A stretch of DNA of 63,610 nucleotides, the filler included, from Octopus bimaculoides (lineage: Eukaryota): assembly GCF_001194135.2 (NCBI RefSeq). It is 5 parts of 5 records of this genome, joined end to end, with 100 filler letters (N's around TTAATTAATTAA, not from the genome) between each part and the next. Parts side by side here need not be neighbours in the genome. Positions count along the whole stretch, not along the records: positions 3,924 to 27,045 come from NC_068987.1; 4 more parts are not named here. One strand, 5' to 3'. Under the pieces are notes generated by a model, which saw nothing but the letters and a program-made list of their open reading frames with translations, was not told the origin of the DNA and did not search any database. Below are positions 11,861 to 26,728 of the stretch, piece by piece (the first letter of the stretch is position 1; every line of letters begins with the position of its first letter). The translations under genes and the position numbers were made by a program.

Positions 11861-12959
11861 ATTGGTATACATTTCCTACTTGATTTATTTGGTGTTGATC
11901 TTTAAAGCTCTATGTGCTAGCTTAAGTATGAGGAGTGGCACCAGATATGCTCAGTGTTCTATCTAGCATGGTGCGCGTGCGATACACTCGTTTTCCAAAA
12001 TTAAAATGCGTACATGAATTTAATATGCATACAAGTGTTAGTTACCTAAATCAATACAGTAATTAATAATTATATTTATTCAATCTTCAGTGTAAATATT
12101 CTTTCAACACATGCTTATTCTGACTGCTAAATATTAGATATAACAGTAGATTATGTACCACTTCGTTGCGTTATACTTGGTTAAAATATGCCATGAACTG
12201 TATCTCTTGTCATTCTATAATATTTTATCATGGAACTAATAATAATTTTTCTTCATAACAAGTGTCATTTTAATAAATTAATATTTGTTCATTCATTGCA
12301 TTATATTATCACCACATAATACCGTTTTATGCAATGAATGTGTTACTGAGTATTTTCCGTTGAACCAAGATCATTATACGACTGAAAATCTATATTAGCT
12401 ATCTCTAAGAATTGAAAAAACAACTACAGGTTGGTGGTGTTTGAATCCAAAAACCTTTTTAATGACTATATTATATATTGTAAGTTTCTAGTATTTAGCT
12501 GCAGCTCAGCCCTTGTCGAGCCGACAAATCATCAGCAACGTACCAAAAGCCTCCATAGGTGGCGAATGAATGCATATGTATACCAAATGTTATGTTCAAG
12601 GTGTCGTTGCATTTCAAGACTGTCGAATGTAATTTGAGAAAGATATTGTCTTGTTATTTGTAATATCTGACAAGCTGATACTGGTGAAGTTGATGAGGTC
12701 GGTAACTATAAACTCATCACGTCTTTCTCAGATGTGGAAATTTTGACTGGCCCAATTGCGTTTGAAAGAAGGAATCGTTTACATGAAGAACGAAAATGGT
12801 GTTGAAGAGACACAAAAAGTACAAAAGATCAACTACACATTAATACCGAAATTGTAAGAGATATCGAGTGTGGATAGATTATCAAGCTTTTGACTTGATA
12901 CCTCATTATTGGATGAAAGGGACTGGCATATAACATTTAACGTGCGGGGAAGATTATTT

Positions 12960-14160
12960 TAATTTGAGTATTTGGGCGCCGCAAATCGAAGAATCCATTC
13001 CTGATTCCTCAGCTGTATGGCTCATTAATGCTACTCCACCTCTCTTGCTGAGAATTGCGGCAGGCCGCCGAGGTAGAGATTGAAATCCATCCTCTTCTCC
13101 AGCCCACTGTTTGTCCAGACAGTTGACTGAAGACCTTCTGAAAAACTGTTCACATCAGGCTGGGGTCAATTGGGGTTTGATTCGATTCATCGAACAGCTT
13201 TAATCTACAAGTGTTTTAGAAGACGCGCTTCATCTGTGACAATGTAGCCTTCGTTCTGCGCTTTGAAAACCTGTTCGAAGGCCAATCTCACCGCTAGAAA
13301 GTCGATTGCAATACCTTTCTAAAGTGATTCTTCTAAGCTTTTAACTAAATCATTCTCTGTTCTATTTTTCTCTTTCTCTATGAACTAACTGAACTTTATT
13401 GATCCTACTCCATGCTTCTTTTTAGAGTAAACTGCCATTTATTACTGTTCCCGTGACATACACTTCCCTAATTTGCTTAATGCGGTATCTAAGGTTCCCA
13501 TACGGGGATCAAGTGTTCAGTTTCCAATAACTGAATCCCAGTTGACGAAGCATATCTTGATCAACTATGTAGATTATAAAGTTGTGAACTGTTTAGCCGA
13601 AGATTGTAACATGTGAACAACTTAAGCGCTCCTTACCTGCTGGCTTACAGAATACTCTATGGTCTCCTTACTTAGTGGCTTACTGAATACTCTATCTAGA
13701 TACCATACAGATGACCCAATTCGGTTTATCCATGTTCATGTTGGGGCATCACTATATCTTTCAAACAATTAGAAAATCTGAGAAAGATCGTCAAACGTTT
13801 GAAGCCCCGTCTCCTATAGAGCTAATCCCATACAATCCAAACGGTCATGCAAACGGTGTTGCTGCAGCTACCTAGCACTGAAAAAGCAGCAAGTTCCAAA
13901 GACTCCCATGCATATGGAGAAATCCAGTAGTCTGTTCAACTTTCTTCAGGCGTTAGAGCATAAACAATTCAAAGTCTCTTTCCCTTTTTGCTGCGAACAG
14001 AAAACTTTGCGATAGTTTGTATCAAACAAGTGACGCTTCAGACTGCTACTCTTAGCGGCCACATAGAATTTTGTGCCCTTTGGCAGAGTGATTAGCTGCA
14101 GGATGGATTCATACTTTAGATAAAAAACCTCCTTCTCTCGGCTTGGCCAGTTTGTTTTTA
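12960..14160 (-). mobile_element. Old L1/Tx1-clade LINE ORF2 remnant (APE endonuclease end and linker)
   Basis: Degenerate minus-strand translation gives motifs in the expected order: PT*TWINRIGSSVWYLDRVF, GFSYWKLNT, KGIAIDFLAVRLAFEQVFKAQNEGYIV, MDFNLYLGGLPQFSARE. Many stops and frameshifts. Confidence 0.6.
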
Positions 14161-14799
14161 CAGCTTCTGTTTTATTCTCGAAAAGAAAAAAAAAAAAAAG
14201 ATTTGTCTCATAACCTTCACCCGACCAATTTTGTTTTCTTTCTCCATGTCGAAGAAAACAGCAGCCATAACAAAGTAGATATTTACTTTTATCTTTATTT
14301 GTTATTGCTGTGGTTATTTCCATCGGAAATGGTGGTCTCGGTGATAGTAAGGATGGTATTACTTTATTTAAAGGCGGAAAGGCAGGGTCAAAGCAACTCT
14401 TCTAATCCTTGCTCTCATTTCCCTGGCATTTTATCAAAATATTTGACGCCATGCTTACTTATTAGTTTTCAAAGCGGGTAAATATTACAAAATAATCAAG
14501 AAATAATGGTTCAAAGGGGAAAGTTTCACAGAGAAGCATAGTTTCCGAGGATACCGGTTAGTATAAAAATAAAATGGTACAGCAAAACTAAAATAACTTT
14601 CTTCAAAACAAAATCAAAAGCAAAAAAAGAAAACTATATAAATAACATCTTTTGAGCTCCAAAACCACATTATTCCCTTGCAAACATAATAATGATGATG
14701 ATGATAAAGATGATGGTAATAATAATAATTATGTACAGAATGATAATGTTCACAATGTTAATAATAATAATAATAGTAGTAGTAGTAGTAGTAGTAGTA

Positions 14800-14853
<54 letters not shown>

Positions 14854-16508
14854 GCAATGATAATTATTCAGCAACGGAACAATATATAGCACACGATAAC
14901 CACAATCTTTAAGAGCAATAGCGGACACATGCCATACGGACTCCAAATAAAATCGACTGTATTAAAATTATTACTTGAACAACACTTGAATAAATATTCA
15001 GCATTCGTACCTTAATTTCAAGTAATTCACGTTTACTTCTCTTCACTGAGTTTCTCGTTGCTAAGATGCGATCAGCGATCAGAAACAAAGAATAACACGC
15101 TACCAGCAGAACTGAATTGAATTCATGAAAGATTTCATTTCATGAGGACCAATGATTTACATGGAGGAGTCTGCTGTATTAGCGAGTAATAGTGTAAATG
15201 AACACATACATACAAACGTTCGTTCATACACAGATACATGCATATATACATACAAACATACTAGCATATATATATATATANNNNNNNNNNNNNNNNNNNN
15301 NNNNNNNNNNNNNNNNNNNNNNNNNNNNNNNNNNNNNNNNNNNNNNNNNNNNNNNNNNNNNNNNNNNNNNNNNNNNNNNNNNNNNNNNNNNNNNNNNNNN
15401 NNNNNNNNNNNNNNNNNNNNNNNNNNNNNNNNNNNNNNNNNNNNNNNNNNNNNNNNNNNNNNNNNNNNNNNNNNNNNNNNNNNNNNNNNNNNNNNNNNNN
15501 NNNNNNNNNNNNNNNNNNNNNNNNNNNNNNNNNNNNNNNNNNNNNNNNNNNNNNNNNNNNNNNNNNNNNNNNNNNNNNNNNNNNNNNNNNNNNNNNNNNN
15601 NNNNNNNNNNNNNNNNNNNNNNNNNNNNNNNNNNNNNNNNNNNNNNNNNNNNNNNNNNNNNNNNNNNNNNNNNNNNNNNNNNNNNNNNNNNNNNNNNNNN
15701 NNNNNNNNNNNNNNNNNNNNNNNNNNNNNNNNNNNNNNNNNNNNNNNNNNNNNNNNNNNNNNNNNNNNNNNNNNNNNNNNNNNNNNNNNNNNNNNNNNNN
15801 NNNNNNNNNNNNNNNNNNNNNNNNNATATATTAAGATACATATAAAAGATTTATGTGATATACGTTATAAAGCCAGAAGGTAGTATATATACCAAACTCC
15901 TCTCCGAGTATGATAATAAAGTCTGGTCCGATGACACAAGTAGTTACTATGTGTATTTACATGTGACTGGTTCTTTGTTCTATAAGAATAGATATCTATA
16001 TATTATATTCGAAATCTTTAAAACCTCAGACTAGCAGCCGCAAAATTTTCTTGAAGCTTCTACCAGCAACGCGTGATAAACCACCATGAATAACCACCAC
16101 ACATGCATGCAAATGTGCGTGCACCTCAATGCATGTACACAGGTATAGACGCATAGATATAAGCATGCACACACTCACGGACACACATTTATATACGTAC
16201 ACACGTGTGTGCATGTATGTATGTATGCATATACCGAGCCATATTCTCTTTAAACATTCTCTTAGAGATGGAAGATGGTATTATATTAAATGTTTCTATA
16301 CCTAAATCACAATAAAACGTTTTCAAATGCCTGTAATATTTTACATTACTCTTGCATTCAGTCGTACATACATATAAAAGTCACACGTACATATACATGC
16401 TTGCACACATATTTATATACTAGGTCTATGATATAAGGTATACATACATGCATATATACATACATACATACATGCATACATACATATATGCCTGTGTTTT
16501 TGTATGTC

Positions 16509-16772
16509 GGCGGTGCATGGCCCAATGATTAGGGTGTTGCACTCACAATTGTGTGATTGTGGTACGCATCCTGGACCGAGGGTTGTACAGTGTTCTTGAG
16601 TAAAGCACTCTATTTTACGCTGCTCCAGTACATTCAGTATCGATTTGTTTCGTTGGGTAATGTATGCCTTGCCCGTCAAAACAGCGGGATGGCATCATTT
16701 TGAAGTTTCAACACTGTGAGGAGCAAGCGCAGTGTGACCAGCGTTGTATAACAATATCTGATACTCTGTATA
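16509..16772 (+). mobile_element. SINE family D, degenerate
   Basis: GGCGGTGCATGGCCCAATGATTAGGGTG..CCTGGACCGAGG..GTTCTTGAGTAAAGCACTCTATTTTACGCTGCTCCAGT. Confidence 0.7.
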
Positions 16773-16806
16773 TACATATATACACAGACATACGTACAAA
16801 CATAGA

Positions 16807-17147
16807 CATCATCATCATCATCATCATCATTTAATTTCTGTTTTATATGCAGGCATTATATAGACGGTTTTGACTGAAGCTGGTAGCCGGAGAGCTGCAC
16901 GGACCTCAGTCTGTTTCGGCTTTGTTTCTTCATCTGGCTGTCCTTACTAACGCTATCCACTCTGCAGAGTATACGGGGTGTCGTTTATGTGTCACCGGCA
17001 CTAGCCACGACCAGGATTTCATCTAAGTTGACGTGTCTTTTCGAGTACAGCAAATCGCCAGAAGTCTCGGTCACTTGCCATTGACTCAGTGAGACTCAAC
17101 AAACGAAGATCAAGTTTCACCACCTCGTCCCACGTATTCCTGGGTCT
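16807..17147 (-). mobile_element. RTE-clade LINE 3' end with (GAT)n tail
   Basis: The minus strand encodes the RTE-like C-terminus RPRNTWDEVVKLDLRLLSLTESMASDRDFWRFAVLEKTRQLR*, followed by a 3' UTR and (GAT)n tail at 16807-16830. Confidence 0.8.
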
Positions 17148-17200
17148 TTCTCCCCCTCTCTCTCTTTCTCCCTCTGTATATAAATATAGATGTGTGTGTG

Positions 17201-17285
<85 letters not shown>

Positions 17286-20200
17286 ATACACATGTTGTGC
17301 GTTCAGTTTCTAGAATGTGGAAGAGAGAAAAAACACGACTTAGTGTATATTTTATATAATATCAGAAATGTTGTGAATCAACTCTGAAAAAATAATCCCA
17401 CACCGTTATAATAAATGACTTAATATATTTCCTATATATTTAGAATGTACACAGCGATTCCTTCACGCCCCACTCCTCAAAATTACCCCAGATATTTAAC
17501 TTGAAGGGTTGTCAATACCACCTTCCATTTTGTCTGAATGTGCATGGGAGATAACTGAGACAAATACTCATGGCCTAGACTTACATCAAGGCTTTTACAT
17601 TGTTAAAAATGTTGTTTTTGCGAAGTTTTTACTGAGACGCCCGTAACAGTTTCTATAAGAGTTCATAAACATGTGACAGAGCTCGGTGCCGGTTCCCATA
17701 GATGATCGTATGAGTTATTTTAATAATTTTCACCTTTCTGCTCTAGATTGCCAGATCTGAACTTCCGTCTTCATAATTAGACAATCGCATTTGTTCCACG
17801 TAATAAGCAGATGCAGTGTTTCTTAAGCTGGTGTGTTTGTTATTTACATTGGAGATAAAATGTGGTAGGCTTAGGATACATTTAAAGTGGTTGTCTATAG
17901 GATTTCTAATATTGTTTTTTTAAAGGACTTGTAGCGAGATATTTCGCTTATATATTTTACTTCTAGCTTTGTTTTTGTTTGATTTTACAATTCTAATTTC
18001 TGCCTAAATTAATAATTTTCTTGATTAATACATTTTCTCAAACTCTTCTAAACTTCATCCTTCCCCAGTAACTAATAGCTTTGTAACTATCCATTATCTG
18101 TATCATGTTTCATGATGTTCTCTTTTAAGCACTTATTTGCAAAATCGTATGCACTCTCTCATTCTTAACGCTTCTTTCTCTCCTTTTTTCTTCAATTATT
18201 TATATATACTACATCTTCCCCTGATTCCTCATGAATGATAATATTCAGTAACGCCCACAATGGTTGTTCAGTTTATGCAAGGGTAGGAGCAAGAGACTGG
18301 GGAAGGTAGCGGTTTACTCCCGTGAGTTTCTCAAAAGTCGAGTGGTTATGGTAAAAAGAACAAGAGTGGATGCACCTAGTATAAGCACGTGCTTCTAGAT
18401 TGATGAAGAGCAACTGAGAAAGGATACTTGAGCCTGGAGCCCAAGGTGATCATGGGTTAGCGAAATTTCTTGATTTATACAAGTTGTAGGGCCCTGCTGT
18501 ATCAGGGGGTATGTGTCAACAATGCATTGACATATTTCAGCACTATATCTCATTCTCCTTTTTTCTTCTTCGTCCCACTTTTGAAGTAAAGTCACCCACA
18601 AATTGTAACCTTTTTTAATATTCCCTTCATTTGACTTCCCAGTTGCAAATACAAGCAATTGTTATTACTATTGTTATTGATATCGTTCATATTTACGTAT
18701 CCATCCGATCATTACGATTACAATTTTCTCTTTAATTACTGCAATTGCATTTAAGGTTGATCAATTACTGGTGAACTTGAAATTTTCCCCGATTTAATTA
18801 TACATTATTTCTAAATTAAAGAAAATTTCATCCATTAATTTAATAGTTTTCCCCTGATTTTCCTTTTTTATTAACAAACTTTTTCTACTGTTATCAACAA
18901 AAGGGCTATAGGAAACTTTATTCTTCCAACTTTTGACAGCGTTTAATTGTTTAAAACTATTAATTTAGAAATATGATTGCTCTTTAATTTATGAATTTTC
19001 CCTCGACTGTTCTCCTTTATCATCTCATAATTAATAACAAGCGAGAATTTTTAAATCACATCTAGTTCTTTTAATATTAGACAATATGTCTTAAAATCTA
19101 AATTCCGACTGTATTTCGTTCCTAATATATTACATATTAAATGAAGAAATTTCTTTTTATTTAATTTTTTTTAATTACGATTTAATGAAGAACATTATTA
19201 CGCTTCAACTTAGAATATTTTTCTGACTTTTCTTTATTTATTAACTTAAAAACTACAAAAAAAAAAAAGACTCAGTAGTTTTTTAAAGAACACAAATCTT
19301 CTCTTCTCTCTTGCTCTCTGTTTCTTTCTCACTCTCTGTTTCATAGATATCCCACATAAATTAATATATCTCTCTCTAATATGCTGGTATTAAAAACGTA
19401 GTCTATACCTTTTCATCTGATCTCTCTATCATTCTACCTATCTCGGTTTTATTTCTCTCAATCTCGTTTGCTGTGTCTACATTTACAAATGTTAATTTTA
19501 TCAATTAACCTAAAAATCTATTTTATTCTTGTCTGTTTGCACATTCATTAACCAAAGAAGATTTCCTATATATTTTCCACCTTGTCAAAATATTATTCTT
19601 CATTTAACTGTCTACTAATTTTTGACTTCAAAATGTTCTTTTTAATTTAATTTTGTAATTGCTTAACAATAATTCATTCAAGAACATAAACTCTTTTTAA
19701 ATAGCATAATAATTATTTATTTATTCAATAACTTAGAAATGTAAAAACTGTGTTCCTGGTTTAACAGATCAATAATTATTTACTTGAGAAATTTCTTATA
19801 TATTTTTCATTAAATTTAAAATTCAGTCTTCTTTCTGTGATTATACATTTCCTGATTAAAATTCCTCCTGCCAAGCTAAGCATATAAAAAATATATATTA
19901 TTTATCCATGGTACATAATCTTACTTAGTAAGCTATTTCACTGGTTGTGAACTATTGAAATCTACAACATAATGAAGTTGAAGGTGCACCACAAGCGAAA
20001 CGACCCCTCCCTCAATTGTTACTAAATCTGAAATTCATAACAAATTTTATACCATCTTTTAGTTCACTTTATGATGTTGCTTAACTACCTCTTTTGTAGT
20101 CTTCCTCTAATAGTATTATGCCGATATAAGGAATCACACTTTGAACGACTAAAATGAAGGGCCGATAATTGGCGTGCTTTCAGATGTTAATAGGATTGGG

Positions 20201-21090
20201 ACATTGTAGGAATGGAACGAGCTATTGTGCGTTTCCCAAAATCTAGATGTATTCCAACGAGAGAAAGAGAGAAAATCTGGAAGAGATTGGTGACGATAAT
20301 GGCTAGCTATAGAGCGAATATTTTAAAGGTAATGGAAGGAAAATTACGTGTGGTGATGACCTTATATATTAGAAATGAGCTCCTGTGTTTTCACATTTCA
20401 TTTGTTTGTACTAGTGGCAGTTAGACAGGTGGAATGGAAAAAGAAGAATTAGATGGCAACATACGGAGAGTCTATTATGTTTATAACTGAAAGAGAATAG
20501 GACATGGAAGGTTATACATTATACAGGCTAATACATAAAGTTGTAATATACTTTACACATCAAACGGTGTGTCGCTACATGACTGTTTAACTTGCTAGAA
20601 TTTACTCTTAAATCTCTCTCAATTCATAAACAACCGTCTTAAAAGAAATATATTTCCGATAAAGTAGGCCTGAGTTCCCTATTTACGAAAAGGTTACGAT
20701 GATCTAGAATGTACTCGATTAGCGGTCTGCTCGAACACATTGCAGAGCTTGGTCTGAGCAGCAGCATCTACAACATTTTGAGCACAAGAACAACAACAGC
20801 CTTCATTCTACGTTTGTTGTGATCTTTATGCAATAACTTCTAAGAAAATGAAGCATCAAATGTTTTAGAAATACATTTTAGATAGAAAGAAGGAGCAAAT
20901 TCAGTGTTGAATCTGTATCATGTATGTGCTGATTTTCGGGTGATACATATAAGAGCGTCTGACAACCTGTCATCTTTCTCCCAATGTTCATTTACACAGT
21001 ATGTTACCATACGGTGCGTAGTAACATGTTATACAGTGGTTTTCAGATATTCTGTGATTTCGTAAATCTACCCTGGTTTAAAGTAGCCAA

Positions 21091-21181
21091 GTTTTACTCC
21101 AATAGAGTTTTACTCCAATAGAGTTTTACTCCAATAGAGTTTTACTCCAATAGAGTTTTACTCCAATAGAGTTTTACTCCA
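21091..21181. repeat. Perfect 16-bp minisatellite (GTTTTACTCCAATAGA) x5 plus 11 nt
   Basis: Five identical units, 21091-21170, plus a partial GTTTTACTCCA. Confidence 0.95.
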
Positions 21182-22041
21182 TTTTAAAATCCACAACAAA
21201 ATCTGATTTTCTGCAAGTGTGGTTTATCCTTCTCTTGCAGCTTTCCAGTTTCTGGAATACAGACATAGATAAATTTCAAACCTTTCAATACCGTACGACC
21301 CTGTAGGGTGTCCTAGACTCCGCATTTGGAAACCAGTGGAGCAGCGGACCAGGTTAAACACCTGATGCTCTTTTCTGTCTGAAAGAAAAGTTTATAATAT
21401 GAATCTAATCTCACTTTATGTTGAAAATCTTAGCAGCTATTTCATTCACACACACGCACGCACACACATACCACACACGCGCGCGCACACACACACACGC
21501 GCGCACACACAGACACACACACTCTCTCTTTCTCACTCACCCACACCCAGCAATAACTGAATAACTGTCGTAGATATAAATGACAACTCTATTAGTCACA
21601 CATTTTGACCATTACATCACTCAATCTTCGTTGCTGCCTGTCTTTGCAGCACTAACCTTAATGCATACCTCAATAAATTATAATCAAATACTTCTGCCAC
21701 AATTTTCTGCTTTCTGCTGCCAACGTTAAACGCTGAAAATTATATTATAGAAAAATTTAATGCTAAAGTAGCATATCTCCTGCGTGTAATAAGTAAATTT
21801 GTGTTACATTAATATGACGCAAACATAAGCTAGTAAAAATAGTCATAACTCTAGGATGGAAATATACATATTTCGTACAATCTGCTAAGCATTTGATGAG
21901 TATAGTGGAGCAAACGTTTTCATCATTTTCATCTGCTGTTTGAAATTCCCCGAAATATAGTTTCATAAGTATATATTCTCTTTAAATATATAGATGTAAA
22001 ATGCATAGATATCTAAATAGCTGACTATTTGTGTGTGTCTG

Positions 22042-22092
<51 letters not shown>

Positions 22093-22102
22093 NNNNNNNN
22101 NN

Positions 22103-22188
<86 letters not shown>

Positions 22189-22599
22189 AATTGAGAGAGA
22201 GTGTGTGTTTGTGCGTTATTCTTTTTGCTAATATTTCTCTAAATCTATCTACCTGTCTCCCTGTCTGCCTGTCGTCTGATTGCCTAGAGATAGGAATATA
22301 TGTGTCTGCTTGCATACACACAATCACACGTGGATTTACTATGGGTTGCTATCATCACTTACAGAAATTCCATCGTCGCCTTGTGGTTGAAAAGTTTCGA
22401 GTTTTCATTTACAGTGGGGTTGAAAATTGGAAAATATATATTTCATGTTGACAACATTATGTATATTTATTCTTCACACAAATAAATAAAGATTTCTTTT
22501 TTGTCTACGTTAGAAATTATGATATGCAAGAAATGTCAGAATGTAATGCTACAACACTCACAAAAAGTACGGAGGAATCTATTGTGTTGCAAAAATTTG

Positions 22600-23170
22600 T
22601 GCTATGTTGCTCCGTTAGTCTAGCAATCCTGGATAAAGAAATACATACTAAGCCATACACTAAAAGAACCATACGAAGCAACGGGAAAACCGCCTGCATT
22701 TGGAGCAAATAGCATTGACCGATTGACTGAGACTGGTTGAAAATTTAGATTGATCTAAATTGACGATAACCTGAGAGTATATGCTCAAGTGGACCTCTCT
22801 ACGAGATCTAAGGTAATTTTTGTTTAATCCCGGGTCAGTTCTTAAGATGAATTCCTCAGACAGTGACCTACATAACTTATTACTACATAGAGGAATTCCC
22901 ATTTCTAATGTCGCTGGTTGGTGTTTGAAGTTTCCTCGGTGCTCTGAGTGAGCTGATTGTTATTCTGAATAAATTTGTTAGAAATAATTCCAGTATGTGT
23001 GACACAAACGACACTCCCAAAGACAACCACATACTTTCTCCAGCAGCAAGGATAAAAGTCTAACTTCGCATTTAACAGAGTAATGGGTACGAGATACTGT
23101 ATGCAGTGCCACTACTTAGATCTATCTTTGGCAGCTCCATTACTCCTCATTTTACAGAACTGATAATGAT
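22600..23170 (-). mobile_element. Old L1/Tx1-clade reverse transcriptase remnant
   Basis: Minus-strand motifs in RT order: PITLLNAKL, VFGSVVCVTHTGIISNKFIQNN (QT..I.GR.I.DN region), VIVNLDQSKF (LDQSKAFD). Frameshifted. Confidence 0.6.
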
Positions 23171-23484
23171 CCCAGTCTTTTGTCATTTGTAATATATGAC
23201 AAAACACTAACAAATAAGTTGAATATGGTACAAAAAATCCGTACTCAAGTTATTTATATTCCATTTAGTTCTTTTCCTTTGGCCATGCGGTTTAATACAG
23301 CCGTTCTTATGGACAATGGAAAACTTTATAATTTTCTGTTACAATCGCACCTGGTTAACGATTGTAATTATATAAATACACTATCTCCAGCCTCCGATAT
23401 TTCTCCAAAATCTTTTAACGAATTGTTGATGTAAAACTGCATATATCTGTCTACACTGTAGTGCACATATGTATAAAATATAAC

Positions 23485-23712
23485 ATGCACCCATAGATAT
23501 TGGTTTCACATTTTGGCAAAAGGTCAGAAATTTCGAGTGAGTGGCTTAGTCGAGTGTATCAACCCTAGTCCTCAGCTGGAATTTATTTTATTGACCTCGT
23601 AAGGATGAAAGGCACAGTAGACCTCGGTGTGATTTGAACAGAGGACGTAAAAACGGACGATATGCCGCTAAACATTTTGCCAAGCGTGCTAAGGATTCTG
23701 CCAGCTCACTGC
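23485..23712 (-). mobile_element. SINE family B, near full length
   Basis: Reverse complement of the family B consensus (GAAAGGCACAGTAGACCTCGG..GCGTGCTAAGGATTCTGCCAGCTCAC). Confidence 0.85.
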
Positions 23713-25336
23713 ATTCATGCGCCCATAGATATTAAAAATAGAAAAGTTTTCTTGCTGCTAATGTCTTGCTTCTTTAGCAAACAAATTTTCATCCCGCTTA
23801 TCTAAGAGCATGCAGCTTACCTTGCTGCTTGCCGGTGTGTTTCGTAACAGGAGGTAATCAAAATATATTGTTCCCAGTATTGTTTTGGTTCTGATGCTTT
23901 TCCAAGCATCATATTCGTATCTACCTCTAATCTCACCATTTTCACTGCATAGTTTATGAAACAGATTCTATGCAAAGTTTCATTTTAAAGAGACACTCCA
24001 GATATAACCTCATTACTTCCTGTTTGACTGACTTTTCGATCTGTTTATTGTAACCCTTTGAGCCTGGAAAGCTGTGTTTAGCTTCTGAAAACCATATTCA
24101 TGTGTCGTTGTCTTAAATTGGCCACGTCAGTTCCTAAATTGTAGTTTGCGTAGTCAGTTTACCAAACTCTGCAGGTCCCTACATGATCAACGTCATCTCA
24201 TGTGATAACTTTTATATTGGCTTATGTTGTTTTTTACAGTTGTATATTCCGGAGAGAGAATCCGGTACTTTACCTCAACCTATCAGTACTAGTAGCAGCC
24301 TATTACACGAATCTCATTGTACAGTCTCAAAAATGAAACGTTGCACTATGTACTTCTTGACAAATAAAAATAGACGCGATAGATATGGCTGGATCAGTGT
24401 TAAGCATGTTCCTGACATGGGGCTAAAAAGAACTGACATGGGGTTAAAAAATAGCACACACTCCCACAGCCACAAGTATGAGAGAACGCAGTTCTATGTA
24501 AACGTTTGAATGATACTAACTAATTTATCTCTTATTCTATATTTTGTATATGGACGGTGGTTTGATTGACTTTTTCCCGCCTACAAAAGAATGTTTTTTG
24601 TTTTGACAGTTCATGATTTAGGTTTGTGCATTTATTTCAAACCACCTTGATGAACCACAGAAATACTATTTCAACTTCTCTATATTTTTTTCTCTCTTTG
24701 CTTGGGTATTTAAATCACAGAATTCGACATGCTCCACTTTGCTCCACGGCGTGATTGGCCGCTCCATATATGGGTGGAATATCTTTCTGACGTGGAAGAT
24801 ATTTTTGTCTGAAATTTCCCGTCAGAAATTTGATGGAAAATTGTGCGTCCGACTTAAATAATTTAATTAAAAACCTAGATTAAAATGACTTTTATTTCTG
24901 CTCTCCCTGTACATGAGGAGATTAGGCAAACAAGCACCCACTGAGGTCTTGGCAGATAGTCAATGTGTATCAACAAGAGGGCTCCATTTGGCTAAATGCT
25001 GTTCCTTGCTAGAAAAAGCATAGTGAGCCTGCAGAACTATAATACTGTCATCATTTTAACATCCCCGGTCGCTCCAAGCCAGTCTTCGTATATGCATGTT
25101 CATACTTGCATCTAAGATCTACTCGTAGCCGTTCATGAAACATGATCACAAGAAAGGTTAGTCTCTATTGGTATTGCCACTCACTGTGGTTGTTAATACG
25201 TTCCCTCTCTAAAGGCACAACTACTGTACATCTCGGACATTCTTGAGAAAATGGGATTTTTGTTTCCGTCTCCTCCATGCTTTCAATCCAGAAAAGTTGC
25301 ATAAAGTAATGCATTTTTCTTTGTTTCTCTAAGTAC

Positions 25337-25357
25337 AAACTGTATTTTCTCTCTTTC

Positions 25358-25437
<80 letters not shown>

Positions 25438-25493
25438 TAATAATAACACTAATAATAATAACAACAACAACAACAACAACAACAACAATAATG

Positions 25494-25550
<57 letters not shown>

Positions 25551-25612
25551 TAAATAATAATAATAATAATAATAATAACAATAATAATAATAATAATAAT
25601 AACAATAATAAT
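25337..25612. repeat. Compound (CAA)n/(TAA)n microsatellite
   Basis: Visible trinucleotide tracts; source of the poly-Leu/poly-Tyr pseudo-ORFs. Confidence 0.95.
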
Positions 25613-25963
25613 AAACCATTTTGAAATAAGGAACCGCGAAAGAACAACTTTGGTTACACCGGTACATTAGCCCTAAAGAAACAAAGAAATCTTTAAATAA
25701 TACCATACGCTTTTAATGCCATGCCATTATAGTAGCGAACCGTAAATTTATTTGAAATTAATATCATGATTTCCGGGCTGGCTGATTTATTTCGTATTTA
25801 ATTTCTTAATGAGGATATTAAATCACTGCACTTTCTCACAATGTGTAATATTGCATATAGGATTGCAGTAATAAATGCACTTCAAATGGATGTTGAACTT
25901 AGATATCTATACCTACGTATGAGCGTATGAGTGTATATATAAGAGTGTGCTTGTGTGTATATA

Positions 25964-26039
<76 letters not shown>

Positions 26040-26681
26040 CATAGACACGAACAAACACACAGAACTATATATTTATATGCATCGATTGATACATAGGTGG
26101 ATTTGTGTGCGTATATCTCTTTCATGCGAGTATATATTTAACTATAAATGCATATATCTAAGCATACGTACGTGCTGATGTGTGTATGCGAATGTATGTG
26201 TACCTCCGTATACGTGCACGTGTATGTGTGTGTATGTGTGTCTGTGCGTATACCTGTGTCTGCTATGTAAGTGTGTACGTGTGTATGTGTGAGTATGTGT
26301 GTGTGTGTGTGTATGTGTGTGTGTGTGTGTGTGCGTATGTGTGTAGTCTTATCTGAGTCTCTAATGTGGTTTTTCAATGTTTAAGGCACTTGTGTTATTA
26401 ATATATATATCGTATAAAATATGGCAGCAATGGCAGATCCTTCATTTTACTGCGACGTATGGTGCATTTATGTGTCTGCTTAACAACACTTACTTCCATA
26501 AACAATAGGATTGCACACATTCGTACACACGCACATTAAATCTTAAAAATATCTTTCAAAATAACAGCAGAGCACTTGCTGTACTATCAGATCTTTCAAG
26601 AACTATTATGTATGTATGTATGTGTGTATATATTTATGCACTTTGTATGTATGTATGTATGTATGTATGTATGTATGTATG

Positions 26682-26728
<47 letters not shown>

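Noticed and set aside
12510-12540. Minus-strand CTGATGA followed by a TTGTCG/CGACAA stem
   Set aside because: The stem is followed by GGGC, not GAAA, so the hammerhead core is incomplete.
17560-19900. Strand-biased AT-rich stretch suggestive of an ancient LINE
   Set aside because: Only vague motif echoes; I could not recover ordered, convincing RT motifs by eye. A profile-HMM search would settle it.
24183-24509. 108-aa ORF downstream of a TTTTTTACAG acceptor-like site
   Set aside because: No recognisable homology and no donor site; compatible with chance in AT-rich DNA.
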